Made by a program: the position numbers and the translations under genes. Below the pieces are notes generated by a model. The model did not search any database and was not told the origin of the DNA. It saw nothing but the letters and a program-made list of their open reading frames with translations. From Cyanophora paradoxa CCMP329 (Eukaryota; Plantae; Glaucophyta): a DNA stretch of 64,000 bases. Shown one piece after another: positions 25,501-38,000 of the stretch. The DNA lies in the NCBI GenBank assembly GCA_004431415.1, contig QPMI01000553.1:124001-188000 (forward strand), given 5' to 3'. Positions within the stretch are counted from its first letter, which is position 1, and each line of letters begins with the position of its first letter.

Positions 25501-28500
25501 GGTTGCGGCGCGAGATCTCCATGATCCGCTCCTCGATCTGCAGGGCTCCCGAAGATCAAGATAAGAAGGCGGGGCGGGGCGGGGCGGGGCGGGGCGGGGC
25601 GGGGCGGGGCGGGGCGGGGCGGGCCAGCTCGTCCTTGAGGATGGCGGGCGCCCGCGGGATGTTGAACTCCCCTGCGCCCCCCGTGAGGCCCGTTCGAAGA
25701 ACCGCCCGGCCGGCCGGCGGGCCGGCTGGCGGGCCGGCGGCGCGCCCCGCACCGAAGAAGCGGATCGCGCGGTACGCCTGCATCACCGACGGGCTCATCC
25801 CGTACAGCGCCACAATCCGCTGCGCCGAAAGTGAGGTGGGGGGGGAGGAGGAGGAGGAGGGGGGCGGGGGTACTGGCGGGCCTTGAAGGAGGTCCATCTG
25901 GAGAGCTCGAGGGCCGCCCCGTTGGGCACCGCCGCGCGGTGCGTGACGACGCAGTCCACGTACACGCCTAAAGGGGACGATAAGATAGACAGAAAGAAGG
26001 AAGAAGGAAGAAAGAAAGCAAAGGAATGGACCGCCGTCGAGGTTGGAGAGCTTGGCGACGCGGAGGGGGCAGCTGGAGCGGGGGAAGACGCCGCTCTTGC
26101 CCGAGGAGCGGAGGTAGAGGCGGTCGCCCCTGTCGATGACCTCCCGCAGGAACCGCGTCCACATAGCCTTCCCCTGCGCTCTGGAGGCAGAAGTTGAGGT
26201 CGGAGGTCGGCGGCTGCCGCCCAGCTACTCGGGCTTCGCAGCGCGGCGCACATGCACTCGAGGGACGGGGTGTAGTGGACGGTGGACTGCAGGTGCGCCC
26301 GCACGCGCCGCGTCGGCGCCGATATCGGCCGGCCCGCCCCGCCCCGCGCCGCCGTCCTGCGCCGGCCGGCCGGCCGGCCCCTCAATCAGCGACGCCCTCC
26401 CTCCCTGCCTACCCCTCGCACTCTTGCGCACGCGGGGCGGGTGCCGGGGGCGCGGCTGCTGCTCTCGCGCGTGGCGAGCCAGATGCGGACGATGGAGCCC
26501 TTCTCCGCGTCGTGGGACGTCTGGGGCAGAGTGAGGCTCAAGAAACAAGTAAGACTCAAGAAACATCGTGACCTTGCCCTCCTCGAGCTCGCCGGTCTCG
26601 GGGGAGAGGTGCTGGACGGTGACCGCGAGGCTCGTGAACTTGCGGAGGACGCTCATCCGGTCCTCCTCATCCAGCGCGCTCACGAACTCCTCCTCCACCT
26701 GCGGCCCGGGGGGGATGCTGAGGCGCGCCGCGCCCCCGGGGCCGGCTTCTTCCCCTCTTCGTCCCTTGTCTCTCTCTCAGGGGCCTCTCTCTCCAGGCTA
26801 GCGCTTTGACGTCTAGTTTGGAGCCCGCCGGGGCCGCCGCGGACCTTGACGGCCGTGTCGCCGGCCTCGCCGTAGTACTGCCCACCGCACGCCCCGCGTC
26901 AGCCGGGAGGCGACAAGCAAGCAAGCAAGCAAGCAGAGCGGGGCGCGTGGGGCAAGCAAGAAGCAAGCTCGCCTTGTTGACGATGGCGATGAAGATGTTG
27001 ATGAGGACGAGGGAGACGACCACCACGAACGAGAAGAAGAAGACTGCGCCGGCGTTAGAGGGAGCGGGGTGCGGGGGATCGGGGGGAAGGAGGGTGGGCA
27101 CCGACGGCGCCCCCCGGGGCCGCGTCGGCGAGGTCCACGAAGTTGAAGCCGCCCCCTGCGCGCATCAGAGAGGGCGGGCGGGGGCGGGGGGGGGGGGGGG
27201 GTACGGGGCGGCGCGGCGCGGACCGAGGTTGCTGAAGAGAGTGGAGAAGGAGGCGTAGAAGGAGGAGAAGTCGTCCACCTTGTACCCTGGATGGGAGGGA
27301 AAGGGGGGGGGGGGCGATGTCAGGGCGGCCGGGGGTACGGGGCGCGGGCCAGGGGCGCGCCGAACATGACCCAGGCCATGAAGGCGTAGCCGGCGAACAG
27401 AATCACTGGGGGTACGGGATCAGATCACACGGCTCAGATCGGCTCAGATCAGATCGGATCGGATCCGATCGGGTCGGACCGAAGATGAGGAGGAAGGCGG
27501 AGAGGTCGGGGACGGCCTTGCCGACGGTGTTCGTGAGGACGGAGAGGCGCGGGTTCAGCTCGAAGAACTTGAAGATGCGGATGCACGTGATGAGGATCTG
27601 GACGCGCCGCCGTCCCGTCAGAGAGGCGCGGCGCGCCCATCTATCTATCTATCTATCGCGTGGGATCTGGGGTCGGGCGGGAGGGAGGGGGCCGGGGCGC
27701 TAGATAGATAGATAGATAGATAGATAGATGGATAGATAGATAGATGGCGCGCCGAGCCCCCGTACCCCTGATCTGGGGGCGGGCGGGAGGGAGGGCGGGA
27801 GGGGGCCGGGGCGCGCACCGCGATGCCGGCGATCTGCTGCATCTCGGTGACGAGGGCCACGCCCCGCCCGAAGTCGTAGAAGCGCCTGTACCCCGGCGGA
27901 CGGGGCGGTTCGGGAAGAAGCGGAGGGGAGGGCCCCGGGGGTGCGGGCGCACGCGGGGTCGGGGCTGGAGGCGAGGGATGCCGCCATCGAGCGCGAGAAG
28001 GTCACGAACTCGCCGTCTGAGCAGACCATATCATATCGGATCGGATCGGATCAGGTCTCGGACGAGGCTAGCCGCCCCCTCGACGCCCCCCTCGCCGGCT
28101 AGCCGCACACGCGCCCCTCGACGCCCCCCTCGCCGGCTAGCCGCACACTGAGGCAGCTCGGCCGCCGCGGTCCAGATCTCGGGCGAGCCCGAGGCGGGGC
28201 GGGGCGGGGCGGGGCGGGGGCGCACAGCGGAAGTAGAGGACGACGATCATGGCGAGGTCCTGCGGGGGGGAAAGAGGCGCGGGACGGGCGCGTCGGGCGC
28301 GTCGGGCGCGGCGCGGGGCGAGGGGCGAGGCGGGGCGAGGGGCGGAGGGGAATGGCCGGAGCTCGGGGGGCGGTGCGGCGAGCGTCGAACTTTCGTTAGG
28401 CGGGGGGGATCGGAGGGCCGTTTCTCGATTTGTTGGAGGCGAGGTGGGCCGGGGGGGAAAGAGGCGCGGGGCGCGTGCGTCGGGCCCGGCGCGGGGCGAG

Positions 28501-31500
28501 GCGAGGGGCGGAGGGGAGGGGCCGGAGCTCGGGGGGCGGGGTGGGGCGAGCTCCAAACGTTCGGGGGGCGGGGCGGCGGTGGGCGGCGGGGAGGCGGGAC
28601 GGGGGGAGGTGGGCCGGGGAGGAGAGGGGCCCCGGGTGCATGATCTATCTATCGTCCGCGCCCGCTCTGCCCATGGGCGGGACGGGGACGCACGGCGATG
28701 TCCCAGGCGTTCCATGCGTCCCGGAAGTAGAGCACGATCCCCATGTCCCCCGCCTGCCGCGGAGCAAGCTCAGCGGCGAGCCGGGCGGGGCGGGGCGACG
28801 CTGGGCCGCCTGGGGGGCCCTGCAGCGCTTCGCCTGCTTGCGCGCCTGCTTCATCTCGGAGAGGATGTAGCCGATGACGAAGATGAGGAAGATGACGCCC
28901 ACCACGAACACCGCGTCGTCCCGCTGACAAGGCTCGGGTGAGGGGGGGCGAGGGGGAGGCGGGGCGGGGCGGGGCGGGGCGAGGGGCGGGGGCAGGGGAT
29001 GGGGGCGGGCACCCGCTCGAGCGGCTGCAGCCTGATCGTGTTGATGTTCACGCTGCGCGCGCGGGCGGGCGGGCGGCGCCGGTTAGCAAGCAACAAGGGG
29101 CCGCCATCTGCCCACCACTTCTCGCTCGCCTGGGGAAGAGGAGGCCGGAGGGGGGCATCTCGGCGATCATGTCGGCCACCGTGTACGTCCCCGTGTGCGG
29201 GTTCTGCGCGGGCGGGCGAGCGCGCCGGTCGGGGCCAGGCCGGAGGAGGCGAGGGCACGGCGTGGCGTGGCGCCTCTCTCTCTCTCTCTCTCTCCCTCGC
29301 TTTCTCTTTCTCTGGGGCTAGGGCGGGGCGCCTGCATCCGCGGACCTGCAGCGCGAACGAGACCGTGATCGCCCGCGTCGCCTCTGCGCGCGCGCGGCCC
29401 CGCTCAGCTCCTTCGCTTTCTTCGTTCCTTGCTTGCTTTGCTCGCACCGTCGACCCAGCCGGCCTCGGCGAGGGCGGTGAGGGCGGCCCGGGCGCCGGCG
29501 AGGTCCGGGGGCAGGTCGACCACGAAGCCGCCCGTGCCGTAGGACCAAGTCGCCGAGCCGTCGCGGAGGTACTTCTCCGAGGTCGAGAGCTCGCTGAAGG
29601 AGGCGCCCCAGCCAACGCGGCCCGCCCGCGGCTCGTCCGCCCGGTCGTCCGCGCTGCGAACGGAGTGAGCTCAGGGGGGAAGTAGCTGCGGGGGGGTAGA
29701 AGGAGGCGCGCCTCGTCTGGAAGTCGGAGAAGCATGTCGTGTTGTCGAGGGAGCGCATCGTGCGGGGGTCGATCTGCGAGCACGGGAAGCCCTTCACCCG
29801 CACCTGCCCGGGCCCTCAGAAAGAAAGAGAGAAAGAGCCGAGGAGAGAAAGAAAGAGAGCGTGCGTGCCTGGCGGAGGCGCAGGGTGCCGACGCGCTTGC
29901 GGAACCAGGCGAAGGAGTCCGCCGACTCGACGTCCAGCAGCGGCAGCAGCGTGTCGTTCACGTACGCGTAAAACTCCTCTGGAAGAGGGGGGGGGGGGGG
30001 GGGGGAGGGGGGGGGGGCGTGAGGCGGATGTGGGTGGGGTGGGGTGGGGGAGGCAGCGGGGGACGCTGGGCGGGCGATCCCGCGGCGCGCGCGTCCCCGC
30101 AGTACCGCTGCCCAGCCACACCCCCGCCCCCCCCCCCGCCCCCCGCCCCCCCTTCGGGAGTACGCCGCGCACCGACGTTGTTCATCGCAAGGAAGGCCGT
30201 CTGGTCGGAGCCCAGCTGCACGCTGCGGGGACGTCGTAAGGGGAAAGGCGAAGGGGAGAAGGGGGAGGGGAGGGAGGGGGTACGGACAAGTTGAGGAAGG
30301 CGCCCGGGGCGGTGAGGGAGCTGTCCTGGTAGTTGTTGACGTTGAGGGGGATGACGTGGACGACGAGCCTGCGCGCCCTCGCGTGACGGGACGGCGGTCG
30401 CTGCCTTTTGGGGGGCTTCGTTCGCACGAACCAGAAGAACATGACCGTGAACGCGAGGTACACCACGAGCTCGCGGTACAGCTCTGCGCAGAGGAGGAGA
30501 TGTCGCATGGTGAGGCTTTGCTAGGACGCGGGATGGCTGGTAAGCTGTTCTTAGGCCCTCGTCGAGACCCGTGCTTTGATCTAGCTAGAACGCGGGATGA
30601 TGCGTTATCTATTCTTAGTCTCTCGCGGGCCGCACCCATCGCCTCGAGGTTGACCTTCTGCACTTTGACGTAGACCTCGGCGCGCCGCAGGTTCCTGCGC
30701 ACGCGCCCGGCCGCCCGGCCCTCGGCGGGGGCGCCCAGCTTCGAGTGGGGCGCGAAGGACGAAGGGCGCGCACAGCTTCGAGTGCTTGAAGCGGGAGCGG
30801 ATGAGCCTGCGGGGGGCGCGCGGCGGGGCGGGGCGGGGGCGGGGCGGGGCGGTCAGCGGTCAGCGGCGCCCCCGCTTCGAAAGCGGAGCCGCGCACAAGC
30901 GCAGGTTCTTGTACTCCTCGGCGAAGTTCCGCTCCCTGTTCTTGCGGTTGAGCACGCGCTGCAGGAAGGGCGGTAGCAGGCCGGACGCGGGCGGCGACGC
31001 GGGCTGCTGCGGCACAGGCAGCGAGACGGAGTCGCCCTTCTTCCCGCCGGAGTCGTCCCCAACGGCGCGCGCGTGCGGCAGCGAGCCAGAGAGGCCATCG
31101 CCGAGGTACGCAACGGACCGCGGCTGGCCTCCGTCCGCCGGCAGGGCAGCTGCAGCAGGCGCTGGGGCGGCGTCTGCAGGAATAGCTGCCGGGCCCGGCA
31201 GAGGCGCCGGGGCGACAGCGCTCATCTCATCAATACCCGCGACCCAGCCGTTGACCACAGTCGGGCTGGGGCTGCGAGCCCGCTCCGGCACAGCGTCGGG
31301 GGGTTTCAAGTGGACTCCACGGTCCAGCGGGCTGATCGGAAGCGACGCCTAGCCACCTGCAGGCGCCGCAGCAGCACCGCAGCCGTGCTGCTTGTCCCGT
31401 GTCTTGTTCGCGCCTTGCGGGTCCGAACTGGGCCACGGGCCAGCTGCGCCGGATGCTCTCCAGATCGGTCGGCGCAGCCCCCTGTGGTTGCTCTCAGTTG

Positions 31501-31779
31501 CAGGTTCGATAAGCCACCGCGAGTTCAAGAGCTCGCGGCCTCCGAACGAGTGCGCTCCGAATTTGGAAACCGGTAGCCCCCTAGCCCCAGCAAGTTTGAG
31601 CAAGTTGCAGCGCGCAACCCTAACTTCGCCCGAGAACGAGAGAAGCGTCGCTCTATGATACCAGCTATCCCCCCCAGCGCTCCTCCCCTCATTTCAGGCG
31701 TTCTGAGGCCAGGTGCGTTGGGTTTCCGCTCCCCAAGCTGAGCCAGCATGCGCGCGGGCCCGCTAGCACCGCTGCCCAT
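22531..31779 (-). CDS. Polycystin-2 (TRPP/PKD2)-like cation channel fused to two C-terminal ryanodine-receptor (RyR) repeats; many exons; 5' end uncertain
   Basis: PKD-type segments VGTLRLRQVRV, TRAITVSF, YFRDAWNAWD, IRIFKFFELNPRLSVLTNTV, pore region FGYKVDDFSSFYASFSTLF and S6 FFFSFVVVVSLVLINIFIAIVN. RyR repeats YVPRPYDTS...VHDAWSMSKLDGGWRYGPNRDNASKMHNCLKPFDELSDEERAYD and ELLAKNAHD...KKQHNLLVPYELLTEDEK. Possible start MGSGAS at 31779. Confidence 0.85.
27627..27815. repeat. Intronic inverted (TATC)n/(GATA)n microsatellite arms plus a duplicated G-rich segment
   Basis: GGCGCGCCCATCTATCTATCTATC (~27630-27653) is the near reverse complement of GATAGATAGATAGATGGCGCGCC (~27731-27753). GATCTGGGG..GGGCGGGAGGGAGGG..GGCCGGGGCGC occurs at ~27664 and ~27770. 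Confidence 0.8.
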
Positions 31780-31855
31780 GGAATCATAACGATCAAAGCA
31801 AACTAAACCAGCCAGCCACGCGCGCACGCGCTGACACCCGCGGGGTTCAGACGGT

Positions 31856-33493
31856 ATGGCGGTCGCTTGCTTGGGTGCTGCTCGCGCCCTTCTGCGGACA
31901 GGGCTTCGGCGGCCATCATCCCGCCAAAGAGTGCGTTTTAGATGCCTGCAGCACGCGGCACGCAACCCGATCCTCTATCCTTCATCATTTGATCGGCGCG
32001 TGCGCAGGCCCCGCTCCAGCGCGCGGCCACCGCAGAGGCTCGTGACTGCTGGCCACCCGTAGGTCAAGCTGTCCCTCTCTGGGGCCCTTCGGACCGGACT
32101 TTCGCCTCAACGCGCTGGGTGCGACGGCAACCGGGCACCGACAGCAGCGGCGCGGGCAGCCAGCGGGCGGACAGCGGTCCCGTTGACCGGCAATGCTCTC
32201 ACGAGGCTCCGGCGATGAGCCTTTCGCCAGAAACCGGCGAGTCCAGCTCGAGCCACGAGCACCCGACGATGAACCTGTCCCCGCCGTCCGTCTTCGGCCC
32301 GGGCTCGAGCTCGAGCGCCCCGCCGCCGCCCACCTACCACATCCGCGCGTGGGGCGGCCGATCCGGAGCGGACGGCGCGAGCCGATCGGTCCGGAACGGC
32401 CCGAAGTGCAAGTCCTGCGGGGGCAGCACGCTCCTGTACGGCGAGCCGCCCAAAGCGTTCCTCTACTGGTCAGATCCCACCTCCTACTCCTCCTTCTTTC
32501 CTTCCTTTCTCCTCCTCCTTGCTTTCTTTCCTTCATTCCTTTCTCTTCTCTCCTTTCTGACCCTCGGTTCCGCGCGCGCCGGCAGCCGGTCGTGCGAGAC
32601 GTACATGTCGGCGTCGCCGCCGGAGGAGGAATGCAAGTCCTGCGCGCACGAGGCGAAGCCCGCGAGCCCCGCGGAGCGCATCCTCCACGAGGCGCCGCCC
32701 TCGCCCAGCTCGGTGCGCGCGCCGGCGCCGGCGGCGGCCCTGGCATGAATTCGATCGAGGCCTAGCCGAGCCTTACGGCCGGGGCGCGCGCGCGCGCGCA
32801 GCTCACGCGGGTGCTGGACGAGTACGTGATCGGCCAGTCGGCCGCGAAGAAGGTCCTCTCCGTCGCCGTCCATGGCCACTTCCTCCGCCTCCGCTCCGCC
32901 CGCGCCCGCGCCGCCCGCGCCGAGCTCGAGCCCACCGCCGCCGGCACCTCCTCCTCCTCCTCCTCCTCCCCCTCCTCCTCCTCGGGGCGCTCCTCGGACC
33001 TGGAGGAGCCCCTTCCGGGGGTGTACGCCGAGAGCGCTCGGTGAGGAAAAATCCCGTACCCCCCCCGGACCTTCCCCCCCGCCAGGCCTAATCCCGTACC
33101 CCCCAGGACCTGCAGAAGTTCGGGCTGATCCCCGAGTTCCTGGGGCGCCTCCCCGTGATCGCACAGCTGGCGCCGCTCTCGGAGTCCCAGCTGGTGGAGG
33201 TGCTCACGCGGCCCCGGAACTCGCTCCTGAAGCAGTACAGCTACCACCTGCGCCTCCTGCGCTCGGACCTCGCGGTCTCGCGGGAAGCCCTCGAGGCGAT
33301 CGCGCGGCGGGCGCACGCGCGGGGCACGGGCGCGCGGGGCCTCCGCTCCATCATGGAGGGACTCCTCAGCGACGCCCTCCACGACGTGCCGGACCTCCCC
33401 GGCGAGTCCACCGTCTTCATATCTTCCGCCCACGTCGAGGACCCCGGCCTCCGGTCCGCCCGCCCCTCTCTCCTCCAACTCTTTCGCCCTTGA
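31856..33493 (+). pseudogene. CLPX: Mitochondrial-type ClpX lacking the AAA+ ATPase core (real deletion or assembly collapse)
   Basis: Presequence MAVACLGAARALLR; C4 zinc finger CKSCG...YCRSC; [22 protein letters not shown]; then, across one 66-nt intron-like segment, DLQKFGLIPEFLGRLP...GTGARGLRSIME. No Walker A/B motifs are present. Confidence 0.8.
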
Positions 33494-33899
33494 GCTTCGA
33501 ATTCTGGCTGAGATCGAATTCAGGCCCACGGTGCTCTCGGGGCCCCTCCGCTCGAATGCCGGCGAGCTGCTCGCCCTCGCGTCGGCCGGCACGTCCCAGG
33601 AGGGCGCCGCCGCTGCCGCCGCCGCCCCCGGCCCGGCCGGGTCGGCCCCCGAGCCGCTCCGTGCCGCCGCCTTTTGATCCTGGGCGCCTCGGCACGGACC
33701 GTGGCCTTTGCCGGGCCGGCCCTGCAGCTGCCCCTTCATTCGTTCTTTCCTCTGCGTGCTGATGCGCATGCGCATCTTTGTCGCTCATGCATCCGGATCC
33801 GCTGCCCGCGGCCTGTCATATATTGCCACGTAGGTTTTGTTTCTTTGTTTTGAATGCACGTGGAGATGTGCTCCACTAGGTATCGCGAGCTCACACCAT

Positions 33900-34570
33900 T
33901 TCTAATTTTAGCAGCGTAGCACACTAGCCTAGCGCTAGCCTAGAGCTAATAGTAACCCTAGCTAAGATACGTGATTCGTAAACGTCGCGCAGGGCGGCCC
34001 TACCCGTCGCGCGCTTCTGCCGTAATGCAGCTGTCAGACTCTGAGAGTGAATGTCACTGAATGATCATGATGGCTCCTAGCCCTTTCAGGCTTTTCAAAT
34101 TTCAAGGCAATGTCCGACGGTCCGCGAACTTCATGAGCGACAGCTTGGTTGGAACTTGGCCCAGTGGCGCCGGCCGCGGCACTATAGCTAGTACTGCGGC
34201 GGCAAGTGGGCCTTGATCATGATCATGAAGTGGCCGCGCCGCGGGCTGCGGCCGGGCCGGGCGGCGCAGCGGCCGCGGGCGCCGGCTGATATAGCATGCA
34301 GCTACGTATATACGCCGTAGATACGGTATCGTAGCCTAATATAATTAATAGTATATATACGTATATATACGCGCGGTTCGGCGCCGGCGACGCGCGCCGC
34401 GGCGGCAGATCGATATCGATTCCGGATCCGGCTGCACGTGGGAGCCGCGCGCGCGCATGCGCAACGACTTGACATTGATATTGTATCAGACTCTGAGATC
34501 TAGATGATCGCGGGCCGGGGCGGCCGGCGCCGATCATCGGATATCGCGCCGGCTTCGCAAATTGCAATCG
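33900..34570. repeat. Palindrome-rich intergenic spacer
   Basis: TGATCATGA at 34062, 34214 and 34220; perfect 20-bp palindrome GTATATATACGTATATATAC at 34351-34370; ATCGATATCGAT; CCGGATCCGG; TCAGACTCTGAGA twice (~34034, ~34486). Confidence 0.7.
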
Positions 34571-35031
34571 CAAAGCAAGCACCTCGAGCAGGCGCTGGCT
34601 CAGCGCCGAGTCAGCGGCTGCATGCGCAGCGCCGCAGGCAGCACAGGCTGCACAGCTGCCAGCACAGCCGCTGAGCTGCCACAGCCTGCCAGGCAAGCGC
34701 TGCTGGTAGAAGCTCAAGCAGCCTGCAGGCTTCAAGCTGCAGGCTGTAGCACGTGCACCCATTCGCGAGCACGGAGCGGCAGCTGCAGGCGAACTCCGAG
34801 CCTCGGATCCGGAGGGCCGCGGAGGCTCTAGATCTGTACCGGTACTGTGTTTATGTAACGGCGCAGGCTCTTACTCCCATTAACTGAAAAAGGCTGTACC
34901 CATATTGGGAGCTCCGTCCATGCCCAGCGCACGCCAGCTGCTGCGGTAGGCGGGGATTGCCGCCGGGGCGGCTCAACACTGCAATGAGCAGCCAGCATGT
35001 CCACCTGCCGCGAGCTAGATCGATTCGCTAC

Positions 35032-38000
35032 ATGAGCCGCAAAAGCGAGACCAGCGAGGACTCCACGGTGGATGTGCTCCCTGTACGGCAGTCTAGGCAG
35101 GAGATGCCGAATAGCGGAAGTCCCGGCCCTCCAGCTACGTCCACTCCGGCTCGGAGAGGTGCCGAGTGCATCGGGGACTGCGTTGGTCTGAACTGACGCC
35201 CGAAGCAGGGTCCATAGCAGGGAGAAGATCTAGCTCTTTCAGGATCGATGGGAACGGCACGGTCGACGGCAAGCCGCTCTGGCAGCCTGTAAGCTCGCCC
35301 TCCTAAATCGGGCCGGCGGCCGTTTCTAGCTACGCGGCCGACGCCTCCCCGCGCAGTTCTTCTTGCACTTCTATGACAAGGCAACGGGTGCGTCATGCCT
35401 TTCCTGAGCGAATCGATGCGCAGTGCTGACCTCCGAACAACAGAGGACGCGTTTGTCTCGAACTGGCGGGCGACGGTTTGTGCCGGACCAGCTTATCTTT
35501 AGTCAAAAGAGAATATGAAGTCAAACCCGCGTGCGCCCGGCAGATCTCGAAGTACAATCTCACCATAATGCCGGTCATCTTCATTCTCGGCATCGCGGTC
35601 CGAGCTCTGCGCGCTCTTCTTTGCACACTTCTTGCTTAGCTAAGCCGCTCTCTCTTTCTCCCTGCAGTTTGGAGTGCCTGCGATCATCAGCAAGGTACGC
35701 GCAGCTTCTCCTCGCCTTTTGCGCACGCTAACACGACCCGCGCTCTTTGAACGCACAGGATACAGAGGACAAGCGAGTCAAAGTCGGGATAGCTACTGCG
35801 GTTGCCGTTGGCGCTGGCTTTCTCATCATAACGACGGTCGGAATCATCGATCGGATAAGGAGGAGAAGGCTGGGCCCGGCGGACGCGACCAACCCGCAAC
35901 CGGCCAACAAGCTGCTCATCAGCTTGGTCGTGATCGTGCGCCTGTCGGTCTACATCGCGGCCTTCTCCGTCGTCTGGCTCTTCGTGGACCTCGACCCGGG
36001 GCTCTACATCGCCGTAACCCAGATCGTCCTCTGCATCACCTTCGTCGGCGGCCGGTGCGCCTGCGCCCTCGCTCTTTCTTTCTGCGCCCGCCTTTCCGCG
36101 CGCCGGGACGAGGCGAGCGCCCCGCCGGCAGGGTCATGTTCATCCAGCTGCTGCCGGTCCTGGGCGTGACGGTCGCACTTTTCTTCGGCGGGTACTGCTC
36201 CAACGCCCGCGCGAGCTTCGACGCGAACTTCGCGCTGCACGTGAACGTCCTCGCCGGCTCCTGCGCCTCCATGGGCCTCTCCGTCTGGTTCTTCGGTGCG
36301 GCCGCGCGGGCGCCAGCGCCCCTCGCCGCCCCGCCACGCCCCTGCTCACGCGCGCAAAACAGAGAGGCGCATGCGGGAGGACTTTTTGAGGACGTCCTGG
36401 ATGCAGCGGCGGATCGGGGAGCTGCGGAGCATCATCCAGGCGGGGGGCCTCTCCGAGGAGCGGGCGAACGCGCAGGGCAACGCCGCCATCGACATCGAGG
36501 CGCCCATGCAGAAGGCCCTCGCGTTCCTCCACTCGCTCAGCGCCAACGCCGGCGAGCCCCGAGCCCCCGCCAGCTTCTTCCCGCCCCGCCCGCCCCGTCG
36601 CTGAGCCGCCCCGGGCGCGCGCAGGGCTGCCCATACAGGAGCGCGAGTCCCTGCAATTCCTCATAGAAATCCTGACGAGCAACCGGAACGTGTTCGCGCC
36701 GGACATCAGCCAGCAGATCGAGGACGGAAAGGCGCGCCCGCCCGGCCCGGCCCCGCCCCGCCCCGCTTGGCTCCGAGCGGCGCTGACGCCACGCCCCCGG
36801 CAGGTCCGCGTGGACAACGAGACGAAGCAGTGGCTCATCACGGAGCTGGGCGCGGGGGACGGGACCGGGGAGATGGAGCCCGGGGCGCAGGGCCCCGGCT
36901 CCGGGGCGACGACGCGGCCGGCGACGACGCGGCAGGGCGAGCAGCGCCCGAAGCCGGAGCGGCCGGGCTCGGTCTCCGAGGGAGACGAGGCCGGGCTGGT
37001 GGCGGCGCTGGACGAGCCGACGGAGGGGCACCTCGGGCGCGCCCGGCTCCTCCAGGCGGACTTCGAGGTCGCCTCGATGCTCTCCCGCTGCGACCGCTGG
37101 CTCGGCTTCGACGTCTTCCGGCTGACGGAGCTCACCAAGGGCCGGCCCCTCCTCGTCCTCGGCTCCCACCTCTTCGAGCGCTACGGCCTCGTCGAGCGCC
37201 TCAAGCTGAGCCCGACCCGCCTCTCGACCTTCCTCGCCAAGCTCGAGCAGCGCTACATGGAGAACCCCTACCACAACGGCACCCACGGTGCGATCCGATC
37301 CGATCCGCCGGCTGCCCTCCCCGACCGCGAACCGAACCGAACCGAACCGAACCGGGCGGGCGGGCGCAGCGGCGGACGTGCTGCAGAGCATGCACTTCAT
37401 CATGGGGCCGGGCGGCCTCTCGGCCTACCTGCCCCCGGAGAAGGACCGCGACCGCGACATCGTCATGGTCCGCCCGCCCCGCTCCCATCTGATCCGACCC
37501 GCCCCCCCCCCCCCCCCCCCCCCCCGAGCGCTCGTCTGATCCGAGTTCCTCCCCCCTCCCTTCCTCAGATGGCGGCGCTCTTCGCGGCGATCGCGCACGA
37601 CACGGCGCACCCCGGCGTCAACAACGCCTTCCACGTCGGTGCGCGCGCCGGCGTCGGGGGGAGGGAGGGAGGGCGAGGGGCGGGGCAGTGCTGGGACGGG
37701 GCGGGGCGGGGCGGGAGGGTGGAGGGAGGGCCCCGCCTCACCGCCCCGCCCCCTCTACCCGCGCAGCGAACCAGATGGAGCTGGCGGTGACGTACAACGA
37801 CAAGTCGGTGCTGGAGAACTACCACGTGGCCTCCTCCTTCCGCCTGCTCCGCGAGGCCGACTGCGACTTCCTCGAGGGGCGCCTCTCCCGCACCGAGCGC
37901 CAGGAGTTCCGCAGGATCGCCATCTCCATGGTCCTCGCCACCGGTGCCCAGTTACATGTACTGTCCATCCGAGCTCTCGCCCGTCTGACGCGCTTCCCCC

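Noticed and set aside
28225-28755. Two exons both containing VLYFR in the channel gene, suggesting mutually exclusive exons
   Set aside because: They read consecutively as the S2-S3 region (GIVLYFRDAWNAWDIA|DLAMIVVLYFRYGEF), so both are probably constitutive.
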